Positions 37,931-50,430 of a stretch of DNA of 64,000 nucleotides are shown piece after piece. This DNA is from Lama glama (Eukaryota): positions 21,578,001 to 21,642,000 of the forward strand of contig CM052818.1 of NCBI GenBank assembly GCA_028534125.1, read 5' to 3'. The first letter of the stretch is position 1. Each line of letters starts with the position of its first letter. Position numbers and translations under genes: made by a program. The notes beneath the pieces were generated by a model. It was not told where the DNA came from. It worked only from the letters and a program-made list of their open reading frames with translations, and did not search any database.

Positions 37931-40483
37931 CATGTTTATGATACTAATTGCCCTTTCCAATCATCACTCTCCCCACATAGAAAAAAAAACTGCTCGTTAA
38001 TAATACCCAACATGGATTCTAAAGAGTTTTAGGCCTGTGAAAGAACACGGCTCTCCTGGGATGAATAATAAGACAATTTCTAGGACCCAAGAATTTGTTG
38101 AAAGCCACTGGGGGAAAAAGGTGTCTGAGGCCCTGTTATTTTAAATTATCCTACTCAGAAAGGAACTATGCTTATATAAAATATTTTAGCTCACTGTTTT
38201 TAAATAATAAATATCCTTACTTAAATTTACAGAATTAATATTTTAACACTTTCATTTATTGGGAACCTAAGCAACCAGAAAACTCAATCATTATCCAATT
38301 ATTTTCCTTCATAAACAGGACTCTCAAATAGCAAAAGATGATCATGATGGTAATCGGTTAAACTAAAGATCCCAACGGGCCTCCTGAATAACTTTTTTTA
38401 GAAGCAATTACCTTTTAGTATGTGTCTAAAGTTATCTTAGATTCTAAAGCTTACAAAACTGGTCACATGTGTAGTGTGTATGGATGGATAATTGGTTAAA
38501 CAGAAAAACTCAATTAATGAGAAATTCCACCCATCAACCATTACATAGAATCAAGGGTTTATTGTATCTGCTGCTTTCTCCAATTCAGACCTATCAGTCA
38601 CTGTGCTTCCTCTCTGGAAAGGCTTTCCCTATCAGTCTGTCATCTTAAGCCGGAAAATTCCCCTCAGAATATGCAAGTTAAACTTATTCTGTCCTTTGAA
38701 ACATGTAAACAGTTTCTGTGAACATCTTTTAGGTAACGTTCCACAATATTAGAGTTTGCTATTACTGAATATGATGAAATAAAATGCAAAATCATTTTTA
38801 AATAGGTCAGCAGAACTTTTAATTATAAGAAATTGAAAAGAAATACTAACACTTGGGTTTAAGTGAGTCTAAACCATTCAAGAATAACCAAATATCTCGT
38901 TTTCTTTTTCCATATTTATGATGCCTAAAATATTTTTACTTTATTTTTTAAATCTACATACATTTCAATTACTGAAAACAATTCCAAGTAATCATAGTAT
39001 CTGACTCATCAAAAGCTTTTTCATTCAGCAAATTAATTTTACTTACAAAAAGTAAAATCAACTTTAATATTAGGGAATATCTTGTTAAACAGCAATATAA
39101 ATTCCTTGAAGGACATAAACCATGTTACTAAAATACTTCATAAAATTTACAAACTAGAGCTAGGTGATCACCTTTATGTTAACAATTACGTCAGAAACTA
39201 AGAAATTGAGATCGATTTTAACAAAAGTTTCTAAAAAAAGAATTGCAAAAAAAAAAAAGAATTCATTTTGTAATATCTTGGTGTGTATCTGGCCGAAATA
39301 TTTTTAAAGAGAGAATACAATGCTAACAGATAACCAAAAGAGCCTTGCTGTAAAGTGATGAATTTTGGCTATGCCGTTAGCTATTTTAAATACGCCAAAA
39401 ATAACAGCAAGGACAAAAGAAATATATTTATACATAATTAAATTATCAATATGCCATCAAAAATAGATTTCATGTGAACATATAAATTAAGAGTATTCAA
39501 AAATAATTTGTATTCTTGCTCCTAGTAACTGCTTTAAAAACAGCATGGATTTGTTAAGCAGCAGACAATAGATACACAGTAAGAGCATGGAAGGTTCCTA
39601 GCAAACATTTTTCTTTTATAATTCTGTTTCCTTTCATACCCATCAAATGGGATGTGAAGATATATGTAACACTCATCATTCTTTATGAAAAACACCATTC
39701 TGAGCATACAGGTGAATGAATGTTTTGATATGTGGAATGATAGATACATAGATAGATTAACTTGTATAATCCAAATGTTTCATACTTCATAAAGCTACAG
39801 TTCCTTTATCTATAAGAAATGTACACACACACATCTGTATATGATATATATAATGTATATAAATATGTATGTTTTAATTTTAGAGTTCGATAATGTATTA
39901 CTTCTTAGAAGTACGTTAATTCCAAAAACTAAGATTCAATAGCACTTAAAAGGTGTCTAATTAATAAAAACAAGTCAGCTTCAAAAGAGTGACAGTTTAA
40001 CTTCTTCCTTTCAAGATATATTAGATTCTCATATATTGAAGTTAATTTACTATTCTGTTATCTCAAATGATAAAGAGAACCTAGTCTTTCCTAAATTTAA
40101 AAGAAAGATACGAGTTCCCAGATTTTGGTATTAATTTAAATAAATTATGGTTTTAAAGTTACTGGATAATGTATTTGAACAATAAGGCGAAGGTTAATAA
40201 ATTTCTGAATAAACATTTCAGAGGTAAACTTAACTATTTTAACCTGAACCAAAACACTAGTTTCATTTAGGATTTTGCAACACTCTGAATTAAATAATTG
40301 ACAAGGAAAAAAATTTTAAATAAATCACTTTGGACATTAAAATGAAATGAGTAACAAACTTTATACCTAGTGCAGAGTTTATCTTTGAGGTCTGTGTGTG
40401 TGTGTCCCCAGCTATACTGATAATGACTCTGCAGCTTCTCAGAGGCAAGAGGTGACTGAATCACTCTAAGAGTGCTTACTTAC

Positions 40484-40622
40484 TTCCTCAGTTCTGAGTC
40501 CACTAGTGGGAAACCACGGTATTTATTAAAGACAGTTACAAAATCACTTTACAGGTGCTACAATTTGGTTCAAAGCCTCCTAGAAGTTGAATGGCAATGT
40601 TAAACCATTAACCACTCAGCTC
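40484..40622 (-). other. Candidate 139-nt internal exon
   Basis: Minus strand reads gattttcctcatgttcag|GAGCTGAG...CTGAGGAA|gtaagtaag. Confidence 0.3.
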
Positions 40623-43422
40623 CTGAACATGAGGAAAATCATGCCTGTATAGCAACCAGAATTTCCTTCCCAAGACTGCATCTGCAGTAAAAATCAATCA
40701 TGGATTATTCTTGTAATTAATGGGGAAAAGGGAAAAGGAAAAAAATGTTTCTATCTTGTTTCTCTCTCTGACTACCTAGAGATTTATACTTCATAAAGTA
40801 ACACCATAAAATTATGGCTGTGAACGACACTTGTTTGGGGACATGATTTAAAATATAAAATGGAATTTGAAAGAAAGAAAGGCCACTTAAACCTTAAAAG
40901 AGACACTAAAAACTAAAGGTAATTTTCTCATGTATCACATTTCAAAGAAGAGTCCTTACAGTACAAAGATCCCATGAGTTCATGACAGCTTTATTCTTAG
41001 ACCCGCAAATCAAGCCATTGTTGTGCTCTGAAACTACGGGAACTGGTGCCACCTATAGGATGTGAACGATAATGACAGTGTCTTACTCAGCAGTACCCTC
41101 TATTGGGGACGGAAAAGTGCTGAAATGTGTAAGCATTTTTCTTAACAGCAGGTGGCCTCACTTTTGCTACAGATTTACCTCAAAGACGTTGGTTTAAAAG
41201 CTTTTTCATGTTTTGTAAAATAAATTCCAACTTCTGCCTGAATCTAAAGTTGCTAGGTGATTGGAGATAGGAAAAAATGCAGTCTTGAACTGGGCAAATT
41301 CACTTCCATAAACAGTTTCACAAAGTGTTCCCCCGTTGCTAATCTGATGTCACTTGGTGCCAAGCTGCACCAACAAGGCCACAAAAGAGAGAGGCATTCT
41401 GCTGTAACTCACTGCAAAAGGACAAGATTAAGGAAAGTGTTTATAGGGTGTAAAATGCAAGTTATCACAATTAGTCCCATTTTCCTAGAATTTATTATAC
41501 TTTGTAATGAAATAACCACAAAGCTGACAGTTTCTTGTGGCATTCTTGGGTAATTTTAAGCAAATTTACACATTGTTTACTACTGAGGATTCAAAAACTC
41601 AGACCTTCATGTGCAATAACATATACAAAAGAGGCCAACACAATTTCTCTTGGAAAAGAAAATCAATTAATTTTCCTATGTTTTTATCATAATCATCAAA
41701 TGACAAAACAAAGGATTTTCTTTTGTTTTATTTTGTCCATACTAATTCATTAAAATAGCCAATGCCTTTACTATTGTTAAAGATTGGAGAGCATTTTAAG
41801 TGTTCAAAAATAAAAGGTGTTATAACCAAGGGCAGAAGTAAAGAATTTTGTTTGACATATTCAAGAGCCAAAATAAAGTAGGCTTATAAAGCAAAGAAAA
41901 TCTTCTGACAAAAAAACATTCAGACAGAGTCAAGTAGCACTCGAAGTATGAAAATAAATAAATACCACCCACTATATTGCTATCGACATGCCATCAACTG
42001 ACAATTTTGAATTCAACAGCAAGATACTGCAAATACTAAACTCTAACCTTCCATCTGTAATTACAGCAAATGCCAAGAAAAAAATATAGACTTCAGGACA
42101 AAACACGGAAACAAAACAATACTATGAAAAACTAAAGAAAATTATTATAGAAATGTTGACTATTCCTGAAATTTTAGGTGAATATTGAAAAGTTTGGCCA
42201 ACGCTCCAGATGTTTATCATGTTTCTGTAGAAAAAAAGCTTGTGATTTGTTAATGAGTATCATTCTGATCTTTGGTCACAAAACCACAGATTCTCACAAA
42301 ACACAGATACACATATTAATACACTGGCTCTTAATTTTACACTCATATAATTTATACATGCCATATAATTAATTAACTCTACGGTATATATAAACATTCT
42401 TTAAGGCCACTGAAATAAACTGTCACTGCAGCTCACATACACCATGTTTATTTAAGTCTCTACACAGAAGAATCATCCCCCTCTTCGTGTGACATAGCTT
42501 GCTAATGCCATGAGTTCTCACGCTAACATCTTCCACCTGAGATGAGGCTAGCCCACACCCCCCCATCATAAACATGCTGATTGTCCTGAATTTAGACCTA
42601 TCAGCTTAATTTTTTCTTTATGTGTTTCTACATGTCTGGCCACCATCTTCTTAAAATGACTATTCTGTGCTACTGACAAAAGCCCTGGCTGTCTTTCAAA
42701 CCCTTCATAGTTGAGAAGTGGCAGCTAGATAAGCAGAGAATAGAAGAAGCTGTAAGTGATCAATCAATGTACTAGTAAAACAGAATTCCAGATAACTGGG
42801 ATTTACATCTATACTTTCAAGTTTTAATGTTTTTTTCCAGCTATCTACACAAGTTATTTTTGAATTATTTATTCAATCATTTGTTTCAACTTTAATTTTT
42901 TTTAATTTTCCCAACCAGAGAGGGTAAGTATAGTTTTAGAATAGTTTTTATTTGTAACAGGGTTAAACAAATTTATCTGATATATTTGAATGTAAACACA
43001 ATCATTGTACTGAAACTAATATACCAGCTCTTACAAATATCCACTGGTTCTCAGGATGGATATATGTGTATACCCTGATCCTAGGCTTTTCCAAACTTTA
43101 TAATGGCATTGTGGGTTGGTCTGCTATAAAATGATCTGCTTTATTAGGTCAAATCTCCAATTTCCTATTAACTCAATAATGAACTGTATTAAAATGGACT
43201 TTTATTGCGTGTTTTTAAAAAGACTGATTAGATATGCAGATGGGCAGAACTGTATGAGGTACTTACATTTTCAAAAAGTTTTTCAAATTTCATTTACATG
43301 TTATTTTTATTTTCCTAAATTCTCTATATCCTTACTACAAATACTTTCTCAGAGTCTATGACCCAGAGCTATTGCTGATGTAACTGTGTAAAAACTTAAT
43401 TACTTCAATAATGTCACTTGGA

Positions 43423-43594
43423 TAATAATAATAGCTATGATATAGTTTGTACCTACCATTTGTCATGTGCTAGGGGCTTTTTACTCAAAAGCATTGATCC
43501 TTAGACCAGTTCTATGAAATATTGTTTCCATTTTACAGATGAAGAAACTGAAAGACAGGGAAATTACATGACTTGCCCAAGGCCACCAGGCCTA
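43423..43594 (-). mobile_element. MIR SINE (host of the younger SINE insertion)
   Basis: ccattttacagatgaagaaactgaaagacagggaaattacatgacttgcccaaggccac is the MIR core. Confidence 0.85.
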
Positions 43595-43606
43595 TAGATA
43601 ACAAAT

Positions 43607-43753
43607 ATTTTTTTAAAAATTATTATTTTGTTGTTGTTGGGGGGGTGATAATTAGGTTATTTATTAATTTATTTAAATGGAGGTGCTGGGGATTGAACCC
43701 AGGACCTCCTGCATGCTAGGCATGCACTCTACCACTGAGCTATCCCCTCCCCC
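43607..43753 (-). mobile_element. Camelid tRNA-Ala-derived SINE (Vic-1 type), full length
   Basis: Minus strand GGGGGAGGGGATAGCTCAGTGGTAGAGTGCATGCCTAGCATGCAGGAGGTCCTGGGTTCAATCCCCAGCACCTCCA with A and B boxes and an A-rich tail. TSD tagataacaaat (43595-43606) / tagattacaaat (43754-43765). Confidence 0.9.
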
Positions 43754-46267
43754 TAGATTACAAATTAAGTGCTCCTTCCATAAGCAACTATGGATATAAT
43801 TTAATTCAATTGAAAACAAAAATTATTTGAGTAACTGCTATATGAAACACATGATGCTAATGCAATTTTTTTACAAGACAGTTTATTTTACAAAGCTGGG
43901 TCACTCAAAATTCTTAAAAATGCATAAAGCATCATAAAAACCTAAGTGTAAAAAGATTTAAAATTTCATTTATATTCTTGATATACATTATCACACAGCA
44001 ATCTCAGAGCAAAAAAAAGGGATTCATCAGCTTTGTAGCTGATGCTACAAAGTCATTATATATTCCATTTTAAGAACATATTGCAATATGCAAACCCATA
44101 AAGGGACCCCATATTGATAATGAGTGGGATCATTTGAATTTGCAATGTTCTTGATCTTGAAGGAATTAATAACCTCCTACCTCATTTTTTCCAACAACAT
44201 ACGTTTACCACTTTTGCAGTGTCTTCATTTTGAAAGCACTTGGAATAAACAGTTTAAAAACTGTAATTTTCTTTGTAGGTGCAGTATTAAATTGCAATAT
44301 CAACTCAAGCACCAAAGAACAGTAGTGCTACCCTGAGGAAAACGGCATTTTAGATGTCTTAAATATACTAAGAGGAAGGCTTTTTAAAAAATCAAGTAAA
44401 GGCATCTCATTCTTTTTTTAAAGTGATTAATCCTGTTTTACACAAAAAAATCAAGTGCAATAATATTTCAGTCATATGTTACATAATAAGAAACAAAAGA
44501 AAAGGTTTTGAAGGATATCCTAAAGCTTTGGTTCTAAGGGACATAGGTAGGTGAGCAGATGGTTCTTGGCAAGTGCAGTCAGACTATTTCCCCTTCAGAA
44601 ATTCCTAAATGATGATTCATTTTGATGTGAAGGGTACTGTTGATATGCCTACCATATGCCTCTAGTAAATCAAAATGAAAATGAGATCAAGTATGAGGCT
44701 TTTTGAATGAAATTTTCCTTTAAAATAGTGGGTTATTCAACAAGCTTCTCCCCTTTGGGGGCTATCCTCACAACATACACTGGATATTGCTAGCTCTGCT
44801 TTGGGGACACCAGTTGATTCTTTCCAAAAATTCTACCCACTCCTACCTATGTTTACAAACTCCTACTTTAAAAATAAGGCCAGTCTTATATTCCTCTATT
44901 CAAGATAACAAGTTCCTATGATTTACTAAGACTTTCTTTTTATTTTTGTTAAGTCTTCATTATCTCCTTTAAAAATTTAAATCAGATATTAATACAATTT
45001 ATTAAATGTTCAATGGGATATAAAAGAACATGATGGATACTAAACTAATGTCACATGCTATACAGAAAGATTATATTCAGGCTCTCTCAACTATATATAT
45101 TTTTGGTAAATACTAGAATCAAGTTTGTTCAAATAACAGTAATAATAATTTTCCTGAATCATACCTATCACTATGTCTCAGGTCTTATTATTCTTGTGCC
45201 TAGGCAGTGTTGTTTGTAAGTATTCAGTTTACATATTGAGGTATTAAGTAAGGCAAAATTACTAGCTTGAGGAGTTTATATTCTAGCAATATAAGAGAGC
45301 AAACATGGGCTTTCCAATAGAAAGTGTTTCAGTGAATCTACAGCGGTGTCAATGTAATTGACAGAGATAATATAAAATGCTATTTGGAATACAGAGGAAT
45401 AGCACTTCGTTTAGGGGGGGTGAGGAAGATCAGGAAAGACACCCAGCAGAGCTGTTTGCTGAATTTGAATCTGAAGCAGTCACTGCTTTAGAGATTTGAG
45501 ATACAGCTGGGTTGACATATAGGAATTAAATAGTAACAAAAGATGTTGACCTGGTTATATAAATGTATATTTTTAAATTATTCTAGCACATGACTAGTTT
45601 TTTTTCTTTTTTCTTAAATGTTTGTTTTGTACTCTTAATTTCTATTAGGTTCAAGAGATATTCTATAATTCCGAAGACCTATGATGTTTATTGTGATGCT
45701 CATATATCATGTATGATGTGATGAAACTAATGGAGTTCCAAAACAATCATTCTTTTACCATGTGCTGCTAGTAGGCAGATAACCTGTGCTAGAGCTCATG
45801 TAATTGCTGCTTGATAGTATTCAATTTGGATGGTGCTTGACAGATAATCTCTAAATGGGAACAATTGGTTTCAGTTTGCTGGTTGAAAGGCAGTTGAAAG
45901 GAAGGGCACAGATAAATGATGGGTACCCCATTAACAAAAAAATCAGCCATAGAGGACTATGATTCTAGCAAGTTTACTACCTCTGTGGGTAGTTAGATTT
46001 TCTCATAAACTGTTTTAGCTTTTGTCATTTAGGTTTCTACCACATAGTTTATTTATCCCACATTAAAGTGTAAACTCCCCAGGGATAAACGGTTGCTTTT
46101 ATATTTTGTAACCTCAGAGTATCTATTTAAAAATTCGACACAGAGTAAAATCATGGGATGGAAATATTTCATTGTCCAAAATGTTATTTCCTATTAAATG
46201 GAATTTGTTGTATATAACTTAAATTTTCTCCAGATATTTTTTTTTCTCTAAATCTATTTTTCTTTTT

Positions 46268-46366
46268 CCTTATATTTATTTTTTATTTTTATTTTTTATT
46301 GAAGTATAGTTGATGTACAATACGTAAGTTACAGGTGTACAGTATAGTGATTCTCAATTTTTAAAG
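46268..46366 (-). mobile_element. Short L1 3' end, reverse orientation
   Basis: tttttattgaagtatagttgatgtacaatacgtaagttacaggtgtacagtatagtgattc is similar to the reverse complement of the L1 terminus near 36950-37015. Confidence 0.8.
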
Positions 46367-46659
46367 CCTCTAATTTCACATTGTAAAATTTAAAGTTTTA
46401 TGGAATTATTTCTAAAATGTACTAAACACAGTGCTCTTTATAAAAAAACAAGTACTGTATTAACCCATCACTATGATCCTTCTCCAACAATAAAACTGTT
46501 TGTTTAGATCTAATTTGTTAGTGATTCAATGTTTAAATTTTTAAAACAGATTAAAATCTATTAATAAGGTTTCAATTATATAAATTATTTGATTTCTTAA
46601 TACGAGGGCTATACGTTTTCTTAAAGTGAAATGGAAAGCAAATGCCCACAAAAACATAC

Positions 46660-46789
46660 TTTGGCCAATGACAATCCATGTCCCTGGTTTTCTTTTTAGT
46701 AATGATTGATAGGAGGATGTACCACACGGCAGTTCAATTTCCCCATTGGAAATATTCCTTCTGCCCCCCTCCTCCAAATCCAAGAGGAA
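46660..46789 (-). other. Candidate 130-nt exon (5'-UTR/uORF-bearing or alternative coding exon)
   Basis: Minus strand reads ccatgtttctttcag|TTCCTCTTGG...TTGGCCAAA|gtatgt; more GC- and purine-rich than the flanks; one frame open throughout; two ATGs. Confidence 0.55.
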
Positions 46790-47339
46790 CTGAAAGAAAC
46801 ATGGTAGAGCTATCCATTCGGACACACTGTATTCAAAAAGTGAAGGCTAAATCAGCTGCTCCCCAACTTTCCTCTCCTCTAGTTCATTCTTCATGATGGT
46901 AACTGAAAAGGTCTGGTCACATTATCAATCTTAGCAGAAGTAGGAAGGAAACGTGCTCAGATTTAAAAGCAGCTAGGAAAAATACAACTTGATGATTATG
47001 GAAGGAGGTAATAAGTGTATATAAATAAATATCTTATTATTTGACTCCATCATTTATCTCATCAACACATAACTTGTTTTTGTCTGGAGAATTTCAAAAG
47101 GCTGTTTTCTGACCTGCATTATTTCAAAAAAGCAATCTCTTCTTTCTTATACCTGCCTGCCCCCTCTACCAATGGTGGCCTCTACATGAAGGAACCATGT
47201 CTTACTTTTCTGTATCCTCAGGGTCTGGCTTACATTATCACCTCTAAATATTTGTTAAAGTGAAAGAGAAGACATGGAATATTTGTGTTACAAATATTTT
47301 GGATAGTATATTTTAGTGCAAAGAGTGTTTTGAAGGCTG

Positions 47340-47850
47340 ATACACAAGTTCAAACCCTGGACAAGTTATTAGATTGAGCCCCCTGACAATAGAAGTAATA
47401 GCTACCATTTATTAAATGTCTACTATGGTATATACTTTATATACATTATCTCATTTAATCTTCACAACAAGAAATAGTAACCATTCAAATGAACTTCAAA
47501 AGTGAATTCCATGTACTGGTTAAAATAGGTTGCTTATTTTATTATTCAAGGAAAAATCAAAGAGAATTCCTTTGAAAATCTTCACAATTCCTTGAAGTAA
47601 GGTGCTATTTTTAATCTTCTTCTTACCTATGAGAAAGCCAAGACTGAGACAGCAGTGATCTGATCAGTCACACAGCTAGTCAGTAGTTACGTTTACTCCA
47701 TCTAATTACTCGACTCCGAAGTCCACGTTATTTCTAATATGTCAATTTATTTTCCTAATGCCTACAAAATGGGGATAATAGTATCTACTACACAGGGTTA
47801 TTGTAAAGTTTACTTCTAAAAGAAATATGTAAAAACACAATGGCTACGCA
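47340..47850. mobile_element. MIR fragments
   Basis: aatagctaccatttattaaatgtctactatg...attatctcatttaatcttcacaacaa; gtcacacagctagtcagt; aaaatggggataatagtatctac. Confidence 0.7.
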
Positions 47851-47950
47851 CAGAGTAAACATTTTATACAGATTAGCTTTCTTACTTCATCACCCAACTG
47901 ATCCCCTTGTTTTGAGGGTCTATAATACCTAACAAATACCCAAATACCTG

Positions 47951-48050
47951 CTCTCTCTCTATACACACACACACACACATATACACACATATATATATCT
48001 ATACATGTACATAAAATAAACACATATTTATGCATATATATACATATATC
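47951..48050. repeat. Compound (CT)n(CA)n(TA)n microsatellite
   Basis: ctctctctctatacacacacacacacacatatacacacatatatatatct. Confidence 0.9.
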
Positions 48051-48054
48051 CCTT

Positions 48055-50145
48055 ATTTAAATTCTGTCTTCCTTTGTGTTTCATTGATTTCTTTTCTGTG
48101 GGGTGACATGTTTCAATTCATTTCTCATTTTTTTGTGTGCATCTTTTATAGGTAATTTCTTTGTGGTTCCCATGGGGATTACATACACCATTTTTAATAA
48201 CAATTTATTTTAGACAACTTAACTTTAATCACATACAAAAACCCTACTTCCCCTTTAAATCTCCCTCCACTATATGTTATTGATGTCACAAATTACATCT
48301 TTTTATATTTTGTATCCATCCACAAGTTTTTATAGTTTATACTTTTATCCTTCAAATTCTATATTTAAAAGTGACTTACATACCTATTACAGTATAAAAG
48401 GATTCTCTATTTGTCTATATATTTACCTTTATCAAAGAGCTTTATATAGTCACATGCTTTTTTGTGGCTGTCTAATGTTCTTTCATTTCAACTTGAAGAC
48501 TCCTCTTAGAAATTTTTGCAAGGCAGGCCTAGTGGTAATGAACAACCTCAGCTTTTTTTATCTCTATCATTTTTGAGAAACAGTTTTGCCAGATATAGTA
48601 TTCTTTGTTAACTTTTTTTTCTTTCCACACTTTAAACACATCATCCTACTCCTTTCTAACCTGTAAGGTTTCTGCTGAGAAATCTGTTGATAATCTTATG
48701 GGATCTCCCTTGTACATGACAAGTGGTGTTTTTGTTTGTTTGTTTGTTTTTGGTGCTGTTTTCAAGATTCTCTGTCTTTGATTTTTGACAGTTTAATTAT
48801 GTGTCTCAGTGTTGGTCTCTTTGAGTTCATCTTAGTTGAGGTCTTTAAGCCTCCTGAATTTAGGTGTCTAATTTCTTCTTCAGATTTGGAAAGTTTTCAG
48901 TCATTATTTATTAGATAAGCACTCTGCCCCAGTCTTCCTCCCTCACTCCTTCTTTCTCTCCCTCCCTCTCTCTCTTCTGAGACTCCCTTAATGCAGTTAT
49001 TGGTGTATTTGATGGTGTTCCATGTCTCTTAAGCTTTCTTCACACTTTATTATTGTTTATTTTTGGTCCTCTAACTTAACAATTTCAAATGACCTGTCTT
49101 CAAGTTCACTGTTCTTTCTTCTGTTTGATCAGATCTGCTCTTGATTCCCCTCTAGTGAAATTTTTAGTTCAGTTATTGTATTCTTCAGCTCTAGAATTCT
49201 GTTAGGTACTTTTTACAGTTTTTATTTCTTTGTTGGCATTCTCATTTTGTTCATGCATTGTTTTCCTGACTTCATTTAGTTATCTGTGTTCTCTTGTAGC
49301 ACACTGGACTTCTTTAAGATATTTTGAATTCTCTGTCAGGTAATTCATAGAACTCATTTCTTTACAGTTAATTTCTGGATATTTCATTGTTTCCTTTGAT
49401 TTGGGCCACTTCGGTCATGTTTCCCTGTTTATTCCTGTGCTTTTTGTTGTGATTTATGCATTTGCAAAAACAATCACCTCTCTCAGTCTTTATGGACTGG
49501 CTTTCTACAGAAAATAGTATCATCAATCATCAATCAGCTCAGCTACAGAGTCTGGGGGCCTCTCAAACTTTTTCTGGAGATGTGTCTTCTCTGGGTTTGT
49601 GTATGTAATTTCCCAGTTAGAGAAGTTTGCCACTTTCCTTTTTAGGAGTCTGTAGTCTCTTGCTTCCTCTGGAGTATGTCTATGATACTACAGGTTCTCT
49701 GGCATTGTAACAAGTCACTGACCTCTCTTTTGTACTCTGTGGTTGCCGGGCATCCAAGATATGCCAGTTCAGTCAGTGCTTAGATTCAAGTGCGATATAA
49801 ACTAACTACTGAGGCAGTCCCCCAAAAGCTAGAATTTGGATGTACATTCCACTATTCTCTTTCCCTCCAAAAAAGAGAAGCTAGAAGAGAAGTTGGGCTT
49901 TTCCTTCTGACCATGATCTATGTCAGCTTGAGGAAAGGGCTGACATGGTTGAAATGAAACAGCTTTTCTTACTCATTTCAATATAGCTATTCCTGGCTTT
50001 GAGTTTGCCTGTGGCACTGCAACCTCTTAACTGGTTTCTGGAGTTCTCATAAAGGCTTTCTGGACAGTATATTGTGTTAAACCAGTGTCTCTGTGAACAC
50101 TGAGGTCTGGGACTTCCTATTCTGCCATCTTGCTGATGTCATTCT
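48055..50145 (-). mobile_element. Old L1 5' portion (5' UTR, ORF1 and inter-ORF region), reverse orientation
   Basis: gcaaggcaggcctagtggtaatgaac; aaggtttctgctgagaaatctg; aatttcaaatgacctgtcttcaagttcactg; 5'-end-like gggacttcctattctgccatcttgctgatgtca. Confidence 0.85.
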
Positions 50146-50329
50146 ATGCCATAAGTTTTGAAGTAGCTTGTTATACAAATTCAGGAACAAGAATAACAAC
50201 TCAAATGATTGGAAAGATATTAACTTAAGGACTGGTGGCATTAATCAAGAATGTGAACATTATAATATGACATTCAACCAGACATTGAGTCCTTCCTGGC
50301 AGAGGAGAATAACACCCTCTCTGGAGAAG

Positions 50330-50430
50330 GAATGAAAGAAGGAAAGAAGGGGAGGGGGGTAGGGGAGAAGAGGGGAGGCAGGGAGAGGGGAGGAGAGGGA
50401 GGGAGGGAAGGAGGAAGTAAGGAAGGAAAA
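50330..50430. repeat. GA-rich low-complexity polypurine tract
   Basis: gaaagaaggaaagaaggggaggggggtaggggagaagaggggaggcagggagaggggaggagagggagggagggaagg. Confidence 0.9.

Noticed and set aside
43676..43753. tRNA-Ala gene (also at 52707 and 61820-61906)
   Set aside because: Has the SINE 5' extension, 3' body, A-rich tail and TSD, with stem mismatches; these are SINE heads.
47620..47640. Recursive splice site-like ctttctcatag|gtaaga on the minus strand
   Set aside because: Falls within a MIR core remnant and has a short pyrimidine tract.
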